Assembly: GCA_963759805.1 (NCBI GenBank) | Contig: CAVXAT010000002.1 | Span: 64,001-128,000, forward strand | Source: an uncultured bacterium | GTDB lineage: Bacteria > Babelota > Babeliae > Babelales > RVW-14 | Length of the DNA: 64,000 nucleotides | Reading direction: 5' to 3' | Shown: positions 37,849 through 49,839 of the stretch, in pieces | Numbering within the stretch: the stretch's first letter is position 1 | Layout: every line of letters starts with the position of its first letter | Made by a program: the position numbers and the translations under genes | The notes under the pieces: generated by a model | Database searches by the model: none | What the model saw: the letters and a program-made list of their open reading frames with translations, nothing else | Told to the model about the DNA's origin: nothing

Positions 37849-39180
37849 CTAACTTCTTTTATATTCAGATTTTTCAATAATGCTACCGTTTTTTTTAGAC
37901 TCAATAGGCCTAGCCGCAATAACATTTTTATGCTCAATTACTTGCTTGTATAAATCCAAATAATGGCTTGATACTTTTTCAATAGACAAGTTATTCAAAA
38001 CAAATTCATAAGCATTTTCTCCAAGACTCTTTGCAAATCTAGGATCATTAATAAGCCTTTTTATCTGTAATGCGATGTCCTTGAATTTTTGGGGATCACA
38101 CAAAAGTCCCGATTTCTCGTGCTCTATAATCAATCCAGCCGTACCAGCAGTTCGAGAAAGAACTATTGGTTTTTTCATCAATGCAGCTTCAACAATAGCA
38201 ATGGAAAAAGATTCGCCCCAACTAGGCAAAACTTTTATATCAGAATGGAATAATAGCTCCGGGATATCACCAACATATCCAACAAAATAAACATTTTCTG
38301 CTATTTTCAATTTTTTACACAGTGCCTTATATTTTTCAACGCTTCTAGCTGGACCGGACCCAGCCAATACAACCTGAACAGGCATTTTTTCAACATAAAT
38401 TAACTCGTGAATAGCTTCAAGAAAAGTTTGATGATTCTTACAATAATAAAAATTAGCTATCATGCATATTACAGGACAATTTTTAATTTTGATTTTAAGT
38501 TTTTGCTCAAAAAACTCAGACCTTGAATATTTAGGACAAAATTTCAAAAACTTTTCATTGTCACAAATTGGCGGAATAAACTTTATGATACCTGGATTAA
38601 TAGCCCCATTTTCCTTTTTATTTTGCAAATCAGCAGTTAAGGCAGGACTCGATAAAATCAATGCATCAATATTGCTACATAAATTAAAATCAAAAACTTT
38701 GTAAGAATGATATTGTTGAACAATCATTAAATTAAATTTTTTTGCGAGAGCCTGCGCAATTTTTAGTTCAAAATCAAATCCATTAACATGAATTATTTTT
38801 ATGCCGAAGTTATCGCAAATTTTTGCTACACTGCTTGTATAAAATTTTAACTCTTTACTTGAAGTCCCTCCTGAAATAGCAAAGTGTGGAAGCTTGGCAT
38901 CAAGCAAGCGTTTTTGCAATTTTGTCCCCTTTGCAACAACAATATGAACATCTATTCCCATTTCATATAATTTTTTATAAAGAGTAAAAACATGATGCTG
39001 GACCCCGGTTTCAATTTTATGAAATCTAACTAAAAGAATTGGCACAATTTTTTTATTCACAGTTCGAATAACTCGCTTAGAACCAAAAGAAAAATACTCA
39101 AACCTACCGCTCTTTTCTTGCGCCAAACAGTTTTGAAAATAAAATAAAGAGAACATTAAAACAAAAGCCTGTATATTCAT
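37849..39180 (-). CDS. Glycosyltransferase family 4 with a signal peptide
   Basis: MNIQAFVLMFSLFYFQNCLA; VLPSWGESFSIAIVEA. Confidence 0.88.
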   Translation of the reverse strand: MNIQAFVLMFSLFYFQNCLAQEKSGRFEYFSFGSKRVIRTVNKKIVPILLVRFHKIETGVQHHVFTLYKKLYEMGIDVHIVVAKGTKLQKRLLDAKLPHFAISGGTSSKELKFYTSSVAKICDNFGIKIIHVNGFDFELKIAQALAKKFNLMIVQQYHSYKVFDFNLCSNIDALILSSPALTADLQNKKENGAINPGIIKFIPPICDNEKFLKFCPKYSRSEFFEQKLKIKIKNCPVICMIANFYYCKNHQTFLEAIHELIYVEKMPVQVVLAGSGPARSVEKYKALCKKLKIAENVYFVGYVGDIPELLFHSDIKVLPSWGESFSIAIVEAALMKKPIVLSRTAGTAGLIIEHEKSGLLCDPQKFKDIALQIKRLINDPRFAKSLGENAYEFVLNNLSIEKVSSHYLDLYKQVIEHKNVIAARPIESKKNGSIIEKSEYKRS

Positions 39181-39268
39181 TGGGCCCTCTTTCATTTTTA
39201 AATTATTTTTTAATCTCACGCAATGGATTATACTGTGTTAAATGCCTTATGTATGTATCAATTTCGAT

Positions 39269-39403
39269 ATGAATGGCTTTATATATATTTGCAAGAGCTC
39301 CAGACCTAGAAGTATTTTATACTAAAAAAATTCATCCGACTTATCTTTATGTGCAGATATATAGTTCTAACAAGCACCCCAGTTCATCAGTAGAGTTATC
39401 ATC
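39269..39403 (-). pseudogene. Decayed GT2 fragment
   Basis: Translates as DDNSTDELGCLLELYICT*R*VG*IFLV*NTSRSGALANIYKAIH, colinear over 45 codons with the neighbouring GT2 segment DDVSPDGTG...NTERLGAVANIYRAIH. Confidence 0.7.
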
Positions 39404-39663
39404 TTTTCAAATTTGGATAAATTATTCTTAATCTTTTGGCTCAAAGTTTAAATTTTTCCCTTCATTACACGGTGAATTTATAAATTCAATGTACCTTATT
39501 CCAAGATCATATTTCTTATTTGCCTCTTGCATAAAGTTAAAAACTTTGAGGCTCGATGACACAAACGCATCGAATCCCTTAAACAATAAAAACTTCTCTT
39601 GAAAGAAAAATCCTAATAAATTATTATAAACGTATCAAAATAAAGTATCAAACGAAAGGGAGA

Positions 39664-40914
39664 TTGATGAAGTATTTTTTTATCTTTGCCATGACCTCAT
39701 GCTTCGCCTTAAATGCTACCACCATTCCACAAAGGTTTGACGACATATCAAATCTATCCAACAAACTGTTTTTATCCGTTCTTGATCAAACAATTACAAT
39801 TAAGTCCAATTCGTATGCCAACCTACCTCCAAGTCTCTCGTTCTTTTCTGCTGATGCTAAATTTGATGGAGAACGCCTTAAATTTTGCGAACTGGGAAAT
39901 GGGCTGTACGGGGTGATTTACCCCGTCTATGGGCTTCTAGATGAAGAAAAAGCCATTCTATACCCACCATACTGGGAGTTTTTATGGCTTTATACATCCC
40001 AATTTAATATCCCAGTTTGGTGTATAACTTGCTACAAAACAAATATGGCATACAAAACTCTGCAACGACTTGATGGAAAAATATTTAACAACATCGAGTC
40101 CTTCGAAAAATATTTAGAAACAAATTACCCTAAAGAAAAATTAATAACAGAAAAACCTAAGTCCATCGAATCGCATTTAGGAATTCTTGCTTATAACGGA
40201 CCCAGAATTGAGAATAGTAAATTAGAAGAGTTTAAAGCAAGACACCCTGGAATACTTTTCATAAACGATTCTCCGGCACTCTACCAACGCCGTAAAGATC
40301 AAATTCACAAAATTTTTGATGATGAATTTTTGAGCCAATTCAGGCCTCGCTGGGGAGTTTACCCTGCAAAATACAGCACAAAACTTGTCGCGCAAATCAA
40401 ACATGAAATTAAAAGCAAATTCTATATCATCAAGCCACTAGTAGGACGACAGTCACGAGGAATTACACTTGTTGATGAAAAGGATTTGGATTCAACACTA
40501 AAAACTATATTGAAAAAACCAATCAAGAATTACAGAAACAACAAGAAAAAGGGCTCCTCTTTCGATTGGAAAGACTACGAATATGACAAATTCATTGTTG
40601 AGGAATTCGTTGAATCAAAACATATGTTAAAAAATGGGCAACCCCATGATCCAACCCTGCGACTTGGTTTTATAATCAGCCAAAATAATGGGGAAATAAG
40701 CGTTAATGTAATTAATGCCTTCTGGAAATTTCCACTCAAATCCTTAACTGACAATTGTGAGCTAACTGAAAAACATGTAACCAGATCCTTAATTGGCATA
40801 AAAGAACCGGCATTAAATACAGATGCGAAAGATCTGAAAAAAATACGAGAAATTTTAAACACTATGCTACCAAAATTGTATGAAAAATATTTAATCTCAG
40901 GCGAAGGGAGATAA
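39664..40914 (+). CDS. Signal-peptide-bearing, probably circularly permuted ATP-grasp enzyme
   Basis: MKYFFIFAMTSCFALNA; ADAKFDGERLKFCELG, YIIKPLVGRQSRGI and IVEEFV. Confidence 0.65.
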   Translation: MMKYFFIFAMTSCFALNATTIPQRFDDISNLSNKLFLSVLDQTITIKSNSYANLPPSLSFFSADAKFDGERLKFCELGNGLYGVIYPVYGLLDEEKAILYPPYWEFLWLYTSQFNIPVWCITCYKTNMAYKTLQRLDGKIFNNIESFEKYLETNYPKEKLITEKPKSIESHLGILAYNGPRIENSKLEEFKARHPGILFINDSPALYQRRKDQIHKIFDDEFLSQFRPRWGVYPAKYSTKLVAQIKHEIKSKFYIIKPLVGRQSRGITLVDEKDLDSTLKTILKKPIKNYRNNKKKGSSFDWKDYEYDKFIVEEFVESKHMLKNGQPHDPTLRLGFIISQNNGEISVNVINAFWKFPLKSLTDNCELTEKHVTRSLIGIKEPALNTDAKDLKKIREILNTMLPKLYEKYLISGEGR

Positions 40915-40916
40915 TA

Positions 40917-42340
40917 ATGGCTAAAAAAACATTAAACATCATTTTTTTGTTCTGTGGGCATCAGTAAGTTTTTGCAATACTTTGTTACATCCGGCTGATA
41001 ATATCTCTTTAAATAAAATAGCTGTTATTGGCGCCGGATACGTAGGGTTAGTAACCGGAGCATGTCTGGCAGAAAAGGGTTTTCCCGTCATTATAGTTGA
41101 AAACAATCTTGCAAAAATTGAAGCTTTATTGAACGGAAAAGTTCCATTTTACGAACCAAAACTAGATAAACTCGTTAAAGACAATATCGATAATAAAAGA
41201 ATTAGCTTTGTAAACAGTATAAAAGAGGCATTTGAACTAAAGCCAAATGTTATTTTTTCATGTGTTGGCACACCTCCCAATGAGAATGGCTCCGCCGATC
41301 TTTCTTATGTTTTCCAAGTCGCTACAGATATAGGAAACAATATGTCTGAGTACTGCTTAATTATAAATAAATCAACAGTTCCGGTTGGAACCTGCGAGAA
41401 AGTTAAAAATATTATTAATACACAACTCAAAAATCGCAGGGGTCTCGATTGATTTTGATGTCGCATCCAATCCAGAATTTTTAAAACAAGGCGATGCCGT
41501 TAGCGACTTCTTTTTTCCGGATAGAATTGTAATTGGTGTTGAAAATAAAAGAGCCGAAGAAATTTTACGTCAAATTTACTCGCCATTTATAATAAATTCC
41601 AACCAATTATTGGTAATGGACATCCCATCTGCCGAACTTACCAAATATGCATCGAATGCTATGCTTGCTACAAGAATAAGTTTTATGAACGAACTTGCAC
41701 TGCTTGCAGACAAAGTTGGTGCAGATATTAATCAGGTCAAACTTGGAATGTCAAAAGATAAAAGAATTGGATCTTATTTCCTCAATGCTGGCATTGGATA
41801 TGGCGGAAGTTGTTTTCCAAAAGATGTTAAAGCTTTGGTGGCAACAGGACTTGAATATGGCCAACCAATGACAATAATCCAAGCAGTAGAAGATGTAAAC
41901 AATAATCAGAGATTAATCTTTGCTCAAGAAATATTAGATTTTTATGGAACAGAAATATCAAATAAAAACATTGGAATTTGGGGGCTTTCATTCAAGCCGG
42001 AAACAGATGATTTACGCTGTGCTCCATCAATCGATATTGTTAGTTTATTACTTGAGCATGGATGCCAAAATCACAGCTTACGACCCGGCTGCACAAAATA
42101 ATTTCAAAGCTCTTTTTGGTAATAAAATAAATTATGCACAAACTTCACAGGAAATTCTTGAACAATGCGACTGCTTGGTTATTTTAACTGAATGGAAAGA
42201 GTTTCTTAAAATATAAGCCATCTGACTTTAATTTATTAAAAGAAAAAGTCGTTTTTGATGGTCGCAACTGCTTTGATCCGGCAGAAATGTTGGATGCTGG
42301 GATCAAATATTTTTGTATAGGCAGAAATTTAAGTTGTTAA
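40917..42340 (+). pseudogene. ugd: UDP-glucose 6-dehydrogenase, split by about 4 frameshifts (possibly sequencing errors), with a signal-like N-terminus
   Basis: IAVIGAGYVG, KSTVPVGT, SNPEFL, KYASNAMLATRISFMNE, GYGGSCFPKD and GLSFKPETDD across ORFs 40982, 41385 and 41944. Confidence 0.85.
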
Positions 42341-43275
42341 TTATATTTAACCAAATCACTTTCCTGCAAAGGAGAATATGGCGCTATCTCTTTGCGAATA
42401 TGCCAGTCCACAATAGCATGTATTTCATTTGATTTTTTTGACTTATTTTTTGATTTGTTTAAGTTGTAACCATTGCGCGCATTTGTTCTGCTAGACTTAG
42501 CCCTTTTTCGACGGTTATAAAGATTGTGCCAATAACTGATTTGATTATCACAATTATAAATATATAAAACTTCTGGAATAAATCTTGAATGAAAGCCCGC
42601 CATTTCAAGCATAGGAAGCATAATTGCCACATCACCACAAACAGGTACAAACTTACCTTCAAACATTATATCTTGCATTTTTATTCGCTTGTACAACCAT
42701 GCATAAAAAGTTCTCAAATGCGAAGAAACCCAGGTATATGATCTAAAAGAATTAGCTTTTATAATTTCCGCAGGAATTTCCCTACAACATCCAACTTTAT
42801 TAGATGGATATCTTTGAAGTTGTCCATAAGTAATCCAAACATCCGGATCTGAATAAACTTTATTCAAAATTTCCAATACATCATCCCTGGCCAACCAATC
42901 ATCTCCATCTACAATCAAAATTATTTCCTCGTTCTTACATGAATGAATTGCATGATATATATTCTCATGCCCTCCAATTCTTGCTTTGTTTCTAATAATG
43001 CAAAACTTATCACCCAGATCAAATTTTTTCTTATACGCTTCAACAAATTCTCCAGTTCCGTCCTCAGAGCAATCATCATAATAAATCACGCGAAATGTAA
43101 ATTCCCTTTCATCACATTTTTGAGAAAAAATAGATTTTAAATATTTATCTACATAATCAATATTATTATATGATGCTGTAACAATAACAAATTTTTTGGG
43201 TTGTAATCCATTTTTCGCATGGACAGATCCACAATTAAAACATGCCAAAAAAATTAATATTATTATGTAAAACAT
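42337..43275 (-). CDS. Glycosyltransferase family 2 with a signal peptide
   Basis: MFYIIILIFLACFNCGSVHA; YDDCSEDGT and VDGDDWLA. Confidence 0.88.
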   Translation of the reverse strand: MFYIIILIFLACFNCGSVHAKNGLQPKKFVIVTASYNNIDYVDKYLKSIFSQKCDEREFTFRVIYYDDCSEDGTGEFVEAYKKKFDLGDKFCIIRNKARIGGHENIYHAIHSCKNEEIILIVDGDDWLARDDVLEILNKVYSDPDVWITYGQLQRYPSNKVGCCREIPAEIIKANSFRSYTWVSSHLRTFYAWLYKRIKMQDIMFEGKFVPVCGDVAIMLPMLEMAGFHSRFIPEVLYIYNCDNQISYWHNLYNRRKRAKSSRTNARNGYNLNKSKNKSKKSNEIHAIVDWHIRKEIAPYSPLQESDLVKYN

Positions 43276-43283
43276 AAATACTC

Positions 43284-44326
43284 CTACAAATTTATAGACC
43301 TCAAACTTTTTAGTAACTTCTTTTTATCAAGCTTTACAATCCAACACTCATGGTCTTGTTTGCCATAGGATATCCAAATATACTTATCATCCAAAACTAA
43401 CCCCATAGGAAAAACAACACGTAAAGGTTTCCATGTTTTAGTTTCATAATCTTCACCATTATAAAAATCATCACAAACAATTGGGTTAGGACTAATATGG
43501 GTAATATTAAAAGGAGGATGTGGTTCAAACATATATGCACCCATAAAATAATGCGTAATCTTTTCTCCTTTTGAATAATCACTTTTGATACATTTAGACG
43601 AGTGGAAAAATGACAAATACTTTCCATCTACCATAAGAGCCGGCGTCCCACCTCTTAATTGCCCCCAATTCCATGGAACATTATGTTGAGAATATGCATA
43701 AGTTGTACACGACTCAGTCCCTTCTACAGGAAGAAAAACCTTGTGAGGAGAAATACTACCTGCAAGCAATAGATTGTTATCATATTGAAAAGGTACCCAA
43801 TTTTTTTCTATACGGTTTGAATCCGCATTTTCAAAATGCAACAAACACTCGGGATTATCCAAGAAAATGCTGTTTTCATCACAATGAATTTCGGCAATCA
43901 ACATTCTGCCGATTTGAAAATTATTGTACACCATATACAAACGATCATTAATAGTAATAAGTCGAGGATCTTGTTCTGCAAGTTTAGAATCTTTATGAAC
44001 AAAAAAAGTATTTTTTTTCTGATTACGTATTTCTAGTATGTATGGCTTGCTTTTGATATTAAAATTTTTATCGAGCCAAATAAGACCTATAGGTTTTACG
44101 GACTGTTTTTTCCATCATGTATGCGAAATGACATTAAAAAAGAATCTTGCCATCTAACAATTGATGGGTTAAAAACATAGGGATACTCAGAAATCTGAAT
44201 TCTTTTAGTTTCCAAAATAAAATCACATCTCATTGCGCTTAAGGCAACCGTTGATGCATAGCATGAAGAATTAAAAAGCAACAACAATAAAATTTTATAA
44301 AAAATTGTCTGTCGAGTAAAAATCAT
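43284..44326 (-). pseudogene. Five-bladed beta-propeller glycosidase/phosphorylase-like protein (GH130/GH43-like), frameshifted
   Basis: NPSIV, QDPRL, EKNWVPF, WGQLRGGTPA, FFHS, YFMGAY and VVFPMG across ORFs 44096..44326 and 43284..43940. Confidence 0.65.
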
Positions 44327-44375
44327 GATTCAAACCTTTCTTATATTGCATTTTCATGTTTTTTCTGTAGCTCTT

Positions 44376-45278
44376 TTATCTGCAAAGATTCCTGCATTTT
44401 TTTCTTATTTTTCCAGACATTTTTCGTTCACTATTACTTCCCCAACAATCAAATGGAAATGCTGCATAAAGTTTTTCAAGATCACATTCAAACGGAGGCT
44501 CACCTCCAAGCCTCAATGCCTCTTCAACAGAAGTTGCAAAACGAAAATTCGGACGATTTGTACCTGCATAATAATCTTTATATTTAAATATTGGTTCATT
44601 TTCAGTAATTCTAAGCATTCTAGCTGGAATGTTATAAGCTTCTGCAACAATTAACCCATGCATCGCACTTGATATAACAAACTTACTATCTAATATTTTT
44701 TCAATTACCTCATCCCATGGATCTGTTGGATAAACAACATTTTTGTACTTCTTTTTAGGAAATAACTTCTGCTCTGTATAATGAGGAATAATAATATAAT
44801 CATACAATGGCGATTTTTTCTTTTTAAATTCAGGAAAAAAATATGGTAAAAGCAGAACAGGATCACCATAAACTTCCGGACAATCTATATTAAAGTTTTT
44901 CATTATAAACTGACGTGTTAAAGGCCCTCTTACTGCACGAATATCAAGACTCGTAAATGTATAATCGGATTTATTTAAACGCTTACCGCTTACACCGGAA
45001 CCCCATATAATGTCACCATCAGAGGCCTTAGCAAAAATAGATCCAACAGCAAGAAGCTTTTTTTGTTTTGCACCAATCTTTGTTTTAATTGGCCGCCCAA
45101 CTATTCTTTCTACTAATTTTAAAGAAAGATAATCACCGAAATTAACAAACGACTCCCTCAATTGCCAATAAAAAAGAGGAATTCCTTTATTTGCAGATAC
45201 ATCATTTTTCCCATTACTCGTACAAAAAGAAGCCAAGGATGCAGCTAATATTAGTAACTTAATATTAAAATTTATCAT
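44376..45278 (-). CDS. Polysaccharide pyruvyltransferase (ExoV-like) with a signal peptide
   Basis: NFGDYLS, AVGSI, WGSG, VRGPLTR, GDPVLL and MHGLIVAEAY. Confidence 0.85.
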   Translation of the reverse strand: MINFNIKLLILAASLASFCTSNGKNDVSANKGIPLFYWQLRESFVNFGDYLSLKLVERIVGRPIKTKIGAKQKKLLAVGSIFAKASDGDIIWGSGVSGKRLNKSDYTFTSLDIRAVRGPLTRQFIMKNFNIDCPEVYGDPVLLLPYFFPEFKKKKSPLYDYIIIPHYTEQKLFPKKKYKNVVYPTDPWDEVIEKILDSKFVISSAMHGLIVAEAYNIPARMLRITENEPIFKYKDYYAGTNRPNFRFATSVEEALRLGGEPPFECDLEKLYAAFPFDCWGSNSERKMSGKIRKKCRNLCR

Positions 45279-46074
45279 GAGGGAAACTTTCTAATAATAA
45301 CTTTAGATCAATAACAGGTTTGGATTCTCCTCCCATTTTGAGTGCTTCTTCCAAAGAATAAGCAATGTGGAAGTTTGTCCTACCAGTTCCATAATAATAA
45401 TCTTTATACTTTAAAATATTTTCTTTTTTGGTTATTCGAAGTAATCGTGCTGGTATGCCAAATGCCTCTGCAACAATGATGCCGTGCAAAGATCCTGTTA
45501 TTACAAATTTTGCTTTTAAAATTTTTTCAACAACGGTCATACAACCTTCCGTAGGAAGCACCAAGTTGGGAAACTTTTTAAATTCTTCTATCTCATTTAT
45601 ATTTGGGATAACAATATATTCCATAGTTGGATTCACTTTTAATTCTGGAAAAAGCAATGGCATTAGTAAAGCAGGATCGCCATAAATCTCGGGACATCTG
45701 ATGCCTTTTGATATTAAAAACTTTCTCGTCAAAGGTCCTCTAACAGATCGCACATCTAAACGGGTAAACTTATGGTTCTTGAGTGGAATTTTACCATTAA
45801 GGCCACTTCCCCAAATAACATCATTATCTTGCGCAAAATGTAAAATAGAACCTAATGCAAGCATTCGCTGGCTATAGTTTTTGTTCTCTATTAGAGGTTT
45901 TTTAATAATTCTTTCTATAATTTTTGGCGAAAGAGCGTCCCCAAAATTAGATGCAAATTTCGCAGGCTTAAAATAAACCAACGATACATTTTGCTCTGCT
46001 TTTAAGATATTAGCAGCTACATCTATTAGAAACACATGTAATAACGCTACTACAATGATAAAAAATCTATTCAT
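45265..46074 (-). CDS. Polysaccharide pyruvyltransferase (ExoV-like) with a signal peptide
   Basis: NFGDALS, VRGPLTR, GDPALL and SLHGIIVAEAFGIP. Confidence 0.85.
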   Translation of the reverse strand: MNRFFIIVVALLHVFLIDVAANILKAEQNVSLVYFKPAKFASNFGDALSPKIIERIIKKPLIENKNYSQRMLALGSILHFAQDNDVIWGSGLNGKIPLKNHKFTRLDVRSVRGPLTRKFLISKGIRCPEIYGDPALLMPLLFPELKVNPTMEYIVIPNINEIEEFKKFPNLVLPTEGCMTVVEKILKAKFVITGSLHGIIVAEAFGIPARLLRITKKENILKYKDYYYGTGRTNFHIAYSLEEALKMGGESKPVIDLKLLLESFPHDKF

Positions 46075-46083
46075 ATCTCTACT

Positions 46084-47383
46084 TTACTTTATTTTTTTAT
46101 CTTTTATAAACACTTTTTCTAAAAATACTTTTCTTCTGTTTTGTACAATCTTATAAATTTTTTTATATAAAGAAATTAAGCGGCTTAAACTAACATCTAT
46201 TGTACAATTTTCAGAAACAAAATCATATGCATTTTGCGCCAATAAATCTGCAAATTTTTTGTCATCAAGAAGCCTTTTTATTTGCATGGCCAAATCAATT
46301 TCATTATCAACGTCAAACAGTAAACCCGTCTTCTCATGTTGTATAATATAATCAGCCGGAAATCTGCCGCGCGAGACAAAATTATAGGGCACTTCATTAA
46401 TGCAGCTTCCATTAAAACTATACCAAACGCTTCCTTTTTGCTTGGTAAAACTCTGCATATCAGAAAAAAATAACAGTTCAGGGATTTTATCAGTAAAACC
46501 TAAAAAATTTACATACTCTTTTATTTCAAGTTTATTTGCTACAGCAGAAAGCTCCTCTATTCTTTTAGCAAAGCCACTTCCTGCAAATACAGCTTGAACT
46601 TCTATGTTGTGTTTTTTAATTAACTCATGCATTGCTTTTATTAATATTTCATGATTTTTATACTCATACAAATTTGCAACAACACATATAATTGGGCATG
46701 GTTTTATATTTAAATTAAAAGTTTTCTTAAAAAACTCTTTTCTTCTTTCTAAATACTGTTGAAAAATTTTCACAAGTGTTTCATCAAAAAATGGCGCCAA
46801 TAATTCAATAAATTTTATATTTCTACTTTCTTTCTTTTTTAACAAGACTAAATGAAACCGGACTAACAGCGATGAAACCCTCCATATTTCTGTATTTTGA
46901 AAGACCAGGCTGTATTGAATTATGATAATGAGCCACCATTCCTATCTTAAAAATATCACACACTTCACGAACAACCTCTAATTCATTAGATGCATTACAA
47001 TGAATTATATCAGGACAATCCTTATTGCAAAAATCAATAAGCGCTTCTTTCAAACATTTATAAAAAACATCAGGATCACTCGATTTAAACGTATGATACT
47101 TAAGATTTGTATTTTTTGCTTTAAGATAAGAATCGAAATGACCAGGAAGAAGAATATTGATTTTCATGCCGAACTCATTTAAATGAGCATACATATCCCA
47201 AGCACACTCTTGGACCCCACCCCAAAACTTATCTCCCAAAACTACTAATAAAATCTTCGGCCCCGACGATTTTGCTTTGTTACTTTTTTCGCAAGATAAA
47301 TATTCAAATATCCCGATAAAAGCACCCAATATTGCTATCATCAAAAAACTATAATTTCTAAATTTAAGCCTATTCACAATCAT
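46084..47383 (-). pseudogene. Glycosyltransferase family 4, frameshifted
   Basis: ORF 46823..47383 (WGGVQE, DIIHCN) and ORF 46084..46845 (YKNHEIL, FLGFTDKIPELL, TGLLF) together form one GT-B gene. Confidence 0.75.
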
Positions 47384-47407
47384 ATACTCTTTAGCGAGCT
47401 AAGTGTA

Positions 47408-48640
47408 TTAATAAATGTAATCACGATAAGAAACGTCCACTTTGTCAATCAGCAAGACTGATTCATTAATCCATCGAGCATGTTTAGGGAATATGATAAT
47501 CTTGTGATACCCTAAAAGAGATGCACACATAGAATAATTAGATTCTGGACGGATCAGACAATCAAACTGAAACATACCATAAAAGTCCTCTACGACATTA
47601 CAATCATCTGAATTACCTTCAGTTCTGCAACTCCAGATAATATTGGGGAGATTTACTCTTTTTTTAAATTCGTTCATAAGCGGAACAGTATCCTTCGTCA
47701 GTGAAAAGATGCACAAATAGAGGAATATTGCCAAGAAATTTCGACAGCCTTATTATTTGATCAACAAAATACTGTTTAGGTGGAACTTTAAGAGGATAGG
47801 CCTTATCAACCGGCATTTTTCTTGTTGGCATTATCAGCGGCATCTTCTTATCACCAAGATCTTCACTATTACAAGGATCTTTACTATTATAATATTGCTG
47901 TGAAACAGTTTTTGCATCAGTCCCAGACCTGCGCGAACATGAACAGCAACAGTAACAATATCACGAGGATTTTTAACAGCAATCTGATTTATGGGTTTTA
48001 ACATTTTCTTCAATTCTGAACCAAATGGTTCTTGTAATGATAAAAGGTACAGTTGCGAACCTGATAACCCCAAATGTCCGCATTTTTTGATATGTTGTTT
48101 TATCTTGATATCTTGTTTTTCAGATACTTTTTTGAGACCTTTTTTCCATAATTTAATGGTGGAACAATTTAACCTCGTTTTAAACTTGCATATAAACAAT
48201 GTAGGCATTTTTGCCTCTTTTAGAGCAGTAACCAGTTGACTTTCTTCCTCAATAATAATCCCTTGGGAATAGGGCTCATTGAATGGCATTTTTTCATTGA
48301 ATTTTGCACAAATTTAACCAATTCCTCACTCGCATGCTTTTCAGCATGAAACAGTTAATTCTTGTGAATATTTAAAGGGAATAAATAGAAATGGAAGTTT
48401 ATATTTATATGAAAGCCATTTTGTTTTACTATATCCACAAATTTGATCTCCAAATCGAGACCCAGTTGGATTATATGTTATAGCATGCTTGTATTTATAA
48501 TTTGGTTTATTATTTGAACATATCCCTGATGAATAAATAAAACAAAGAAACAATACTGCAATATGAGTATTTTTTTTTCGAATAAAAAAGCTAAGAAGAA
48601 TGCATAATAAATTTCCCATTTTTAACAGTATTTCAAACAT
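47408..48640 (-). pseudogene. Putative fucosyltransferase-like (GT11/GT-B) protein, split by frameshifts
   Basis: GSRFGDQI, VAVHVR.G and EDF..M..FDCLIR..SNYS spread over ORFs 48341, 47834 and 47408. Confidence 0.55.
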
Positions 48641-48641
48641 A

Positions 48642-49771
48642 TTAATTTATGTGATCGCTAACGCTGTCCATGTATTTGTAGAGCATTTTTTTGTTTATGG
48701 AAACCAATCTAATTGCTGAATCATTATCACCACCAACAATATGAAAAATCTTACACCCTCCTTCTTCACTCACAACAAAGCCGCATGGAAAGAACGATCT
48801 AACGTCCCTTTTGCTGTTGGCAAACCAAACGTTTTTGGATGGCTTATGCGTATAAAACTCTCGTGAAATAATAGGAAAACGTGAGATGCGCTTTATACTA
48901 AATGGAAATTTATTTTCGAACGTCATTGCACCAAAAACATAGATCCTATCGATACCTTGAGTGATACAACTATGAAAAAAAGTTAGATATTCATTATCCA
49001 CAAGGAGCGCTGCCTGTTCCTCCTCTTATTGTTCCCCATCTGTCTTCCCAACTTTCTCGCAAAAAATCTGAGTATTTATCGGTCTCAACAATTTTTTTCA
49101 ATGTATAAAAACGATCAAAGAGCAACAACGGTGTAAGGGGCAAACTGGTACACAAACCCAATGTTGTTATTAATGTTTTGATTATTGAAATTATCACTAC
49201 TATTTTCTGCAAAAGAAAATGCAGTCCAATTTTTCTCCCAAAAGACATAGGAGAAAAGCGCAAAATCTTCGTATTCTCTTTTTGAGGAATTAGCTTTTTA
49301 CCATGATTAAGCAAATCGCCAAGTCTACTTATACCAAACGAAAATGTAAAAGATTTTTTTCCTTTTTTCATAACATCTTCCAAAAATGTATATGTTAGAT
49401 ATATATCATTATTGCAAGTAAAAAGCCTGGCATCTCTTGCTCCTTTTATTCTTTTATCCAACAAAGACAAATCTAGAAACATAGATGAGCCTTGTTGCTG
49501 AAAATTTTGATCAAATATTGCCAACCCCAATTCCACCTTTCCATGTGGCCTGTTATTACGGAATGACAATAAAAATTCATCACTATATTTAATGATGGAT
49601 GCATTGCATGGACTAGTAATACCGGAGACCTCAATAACCTTAGTATTTTTTATAACTCCAATATCCTCGGCATAGGGAACATTAATAAAGTGCTTTTCGA
49701 ATTTTTTGATATGAAAAGAGTAAGCCGAAACAAAAAGTAGGGAAAAAAACAAAATAAAAAATTGACTTCAC
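48642..49771 (-). pseudogene. Beta-propeller glycosidase-like protein, frameshifted; paralog of 43284-44326
   Basis: NASII, RDARL, WGTIRGGT, YLTFFHS and FFPCG; GTG start near 49771 with a signal-like N-terminus. Confidence 0.6.
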
Positions 49772-49839
49772 GTTCAATAACTCCCTTCAAAAAATCAATT
49801 CTACTTTTAAAATTATTTATTCAAAAAATACCATTATAA

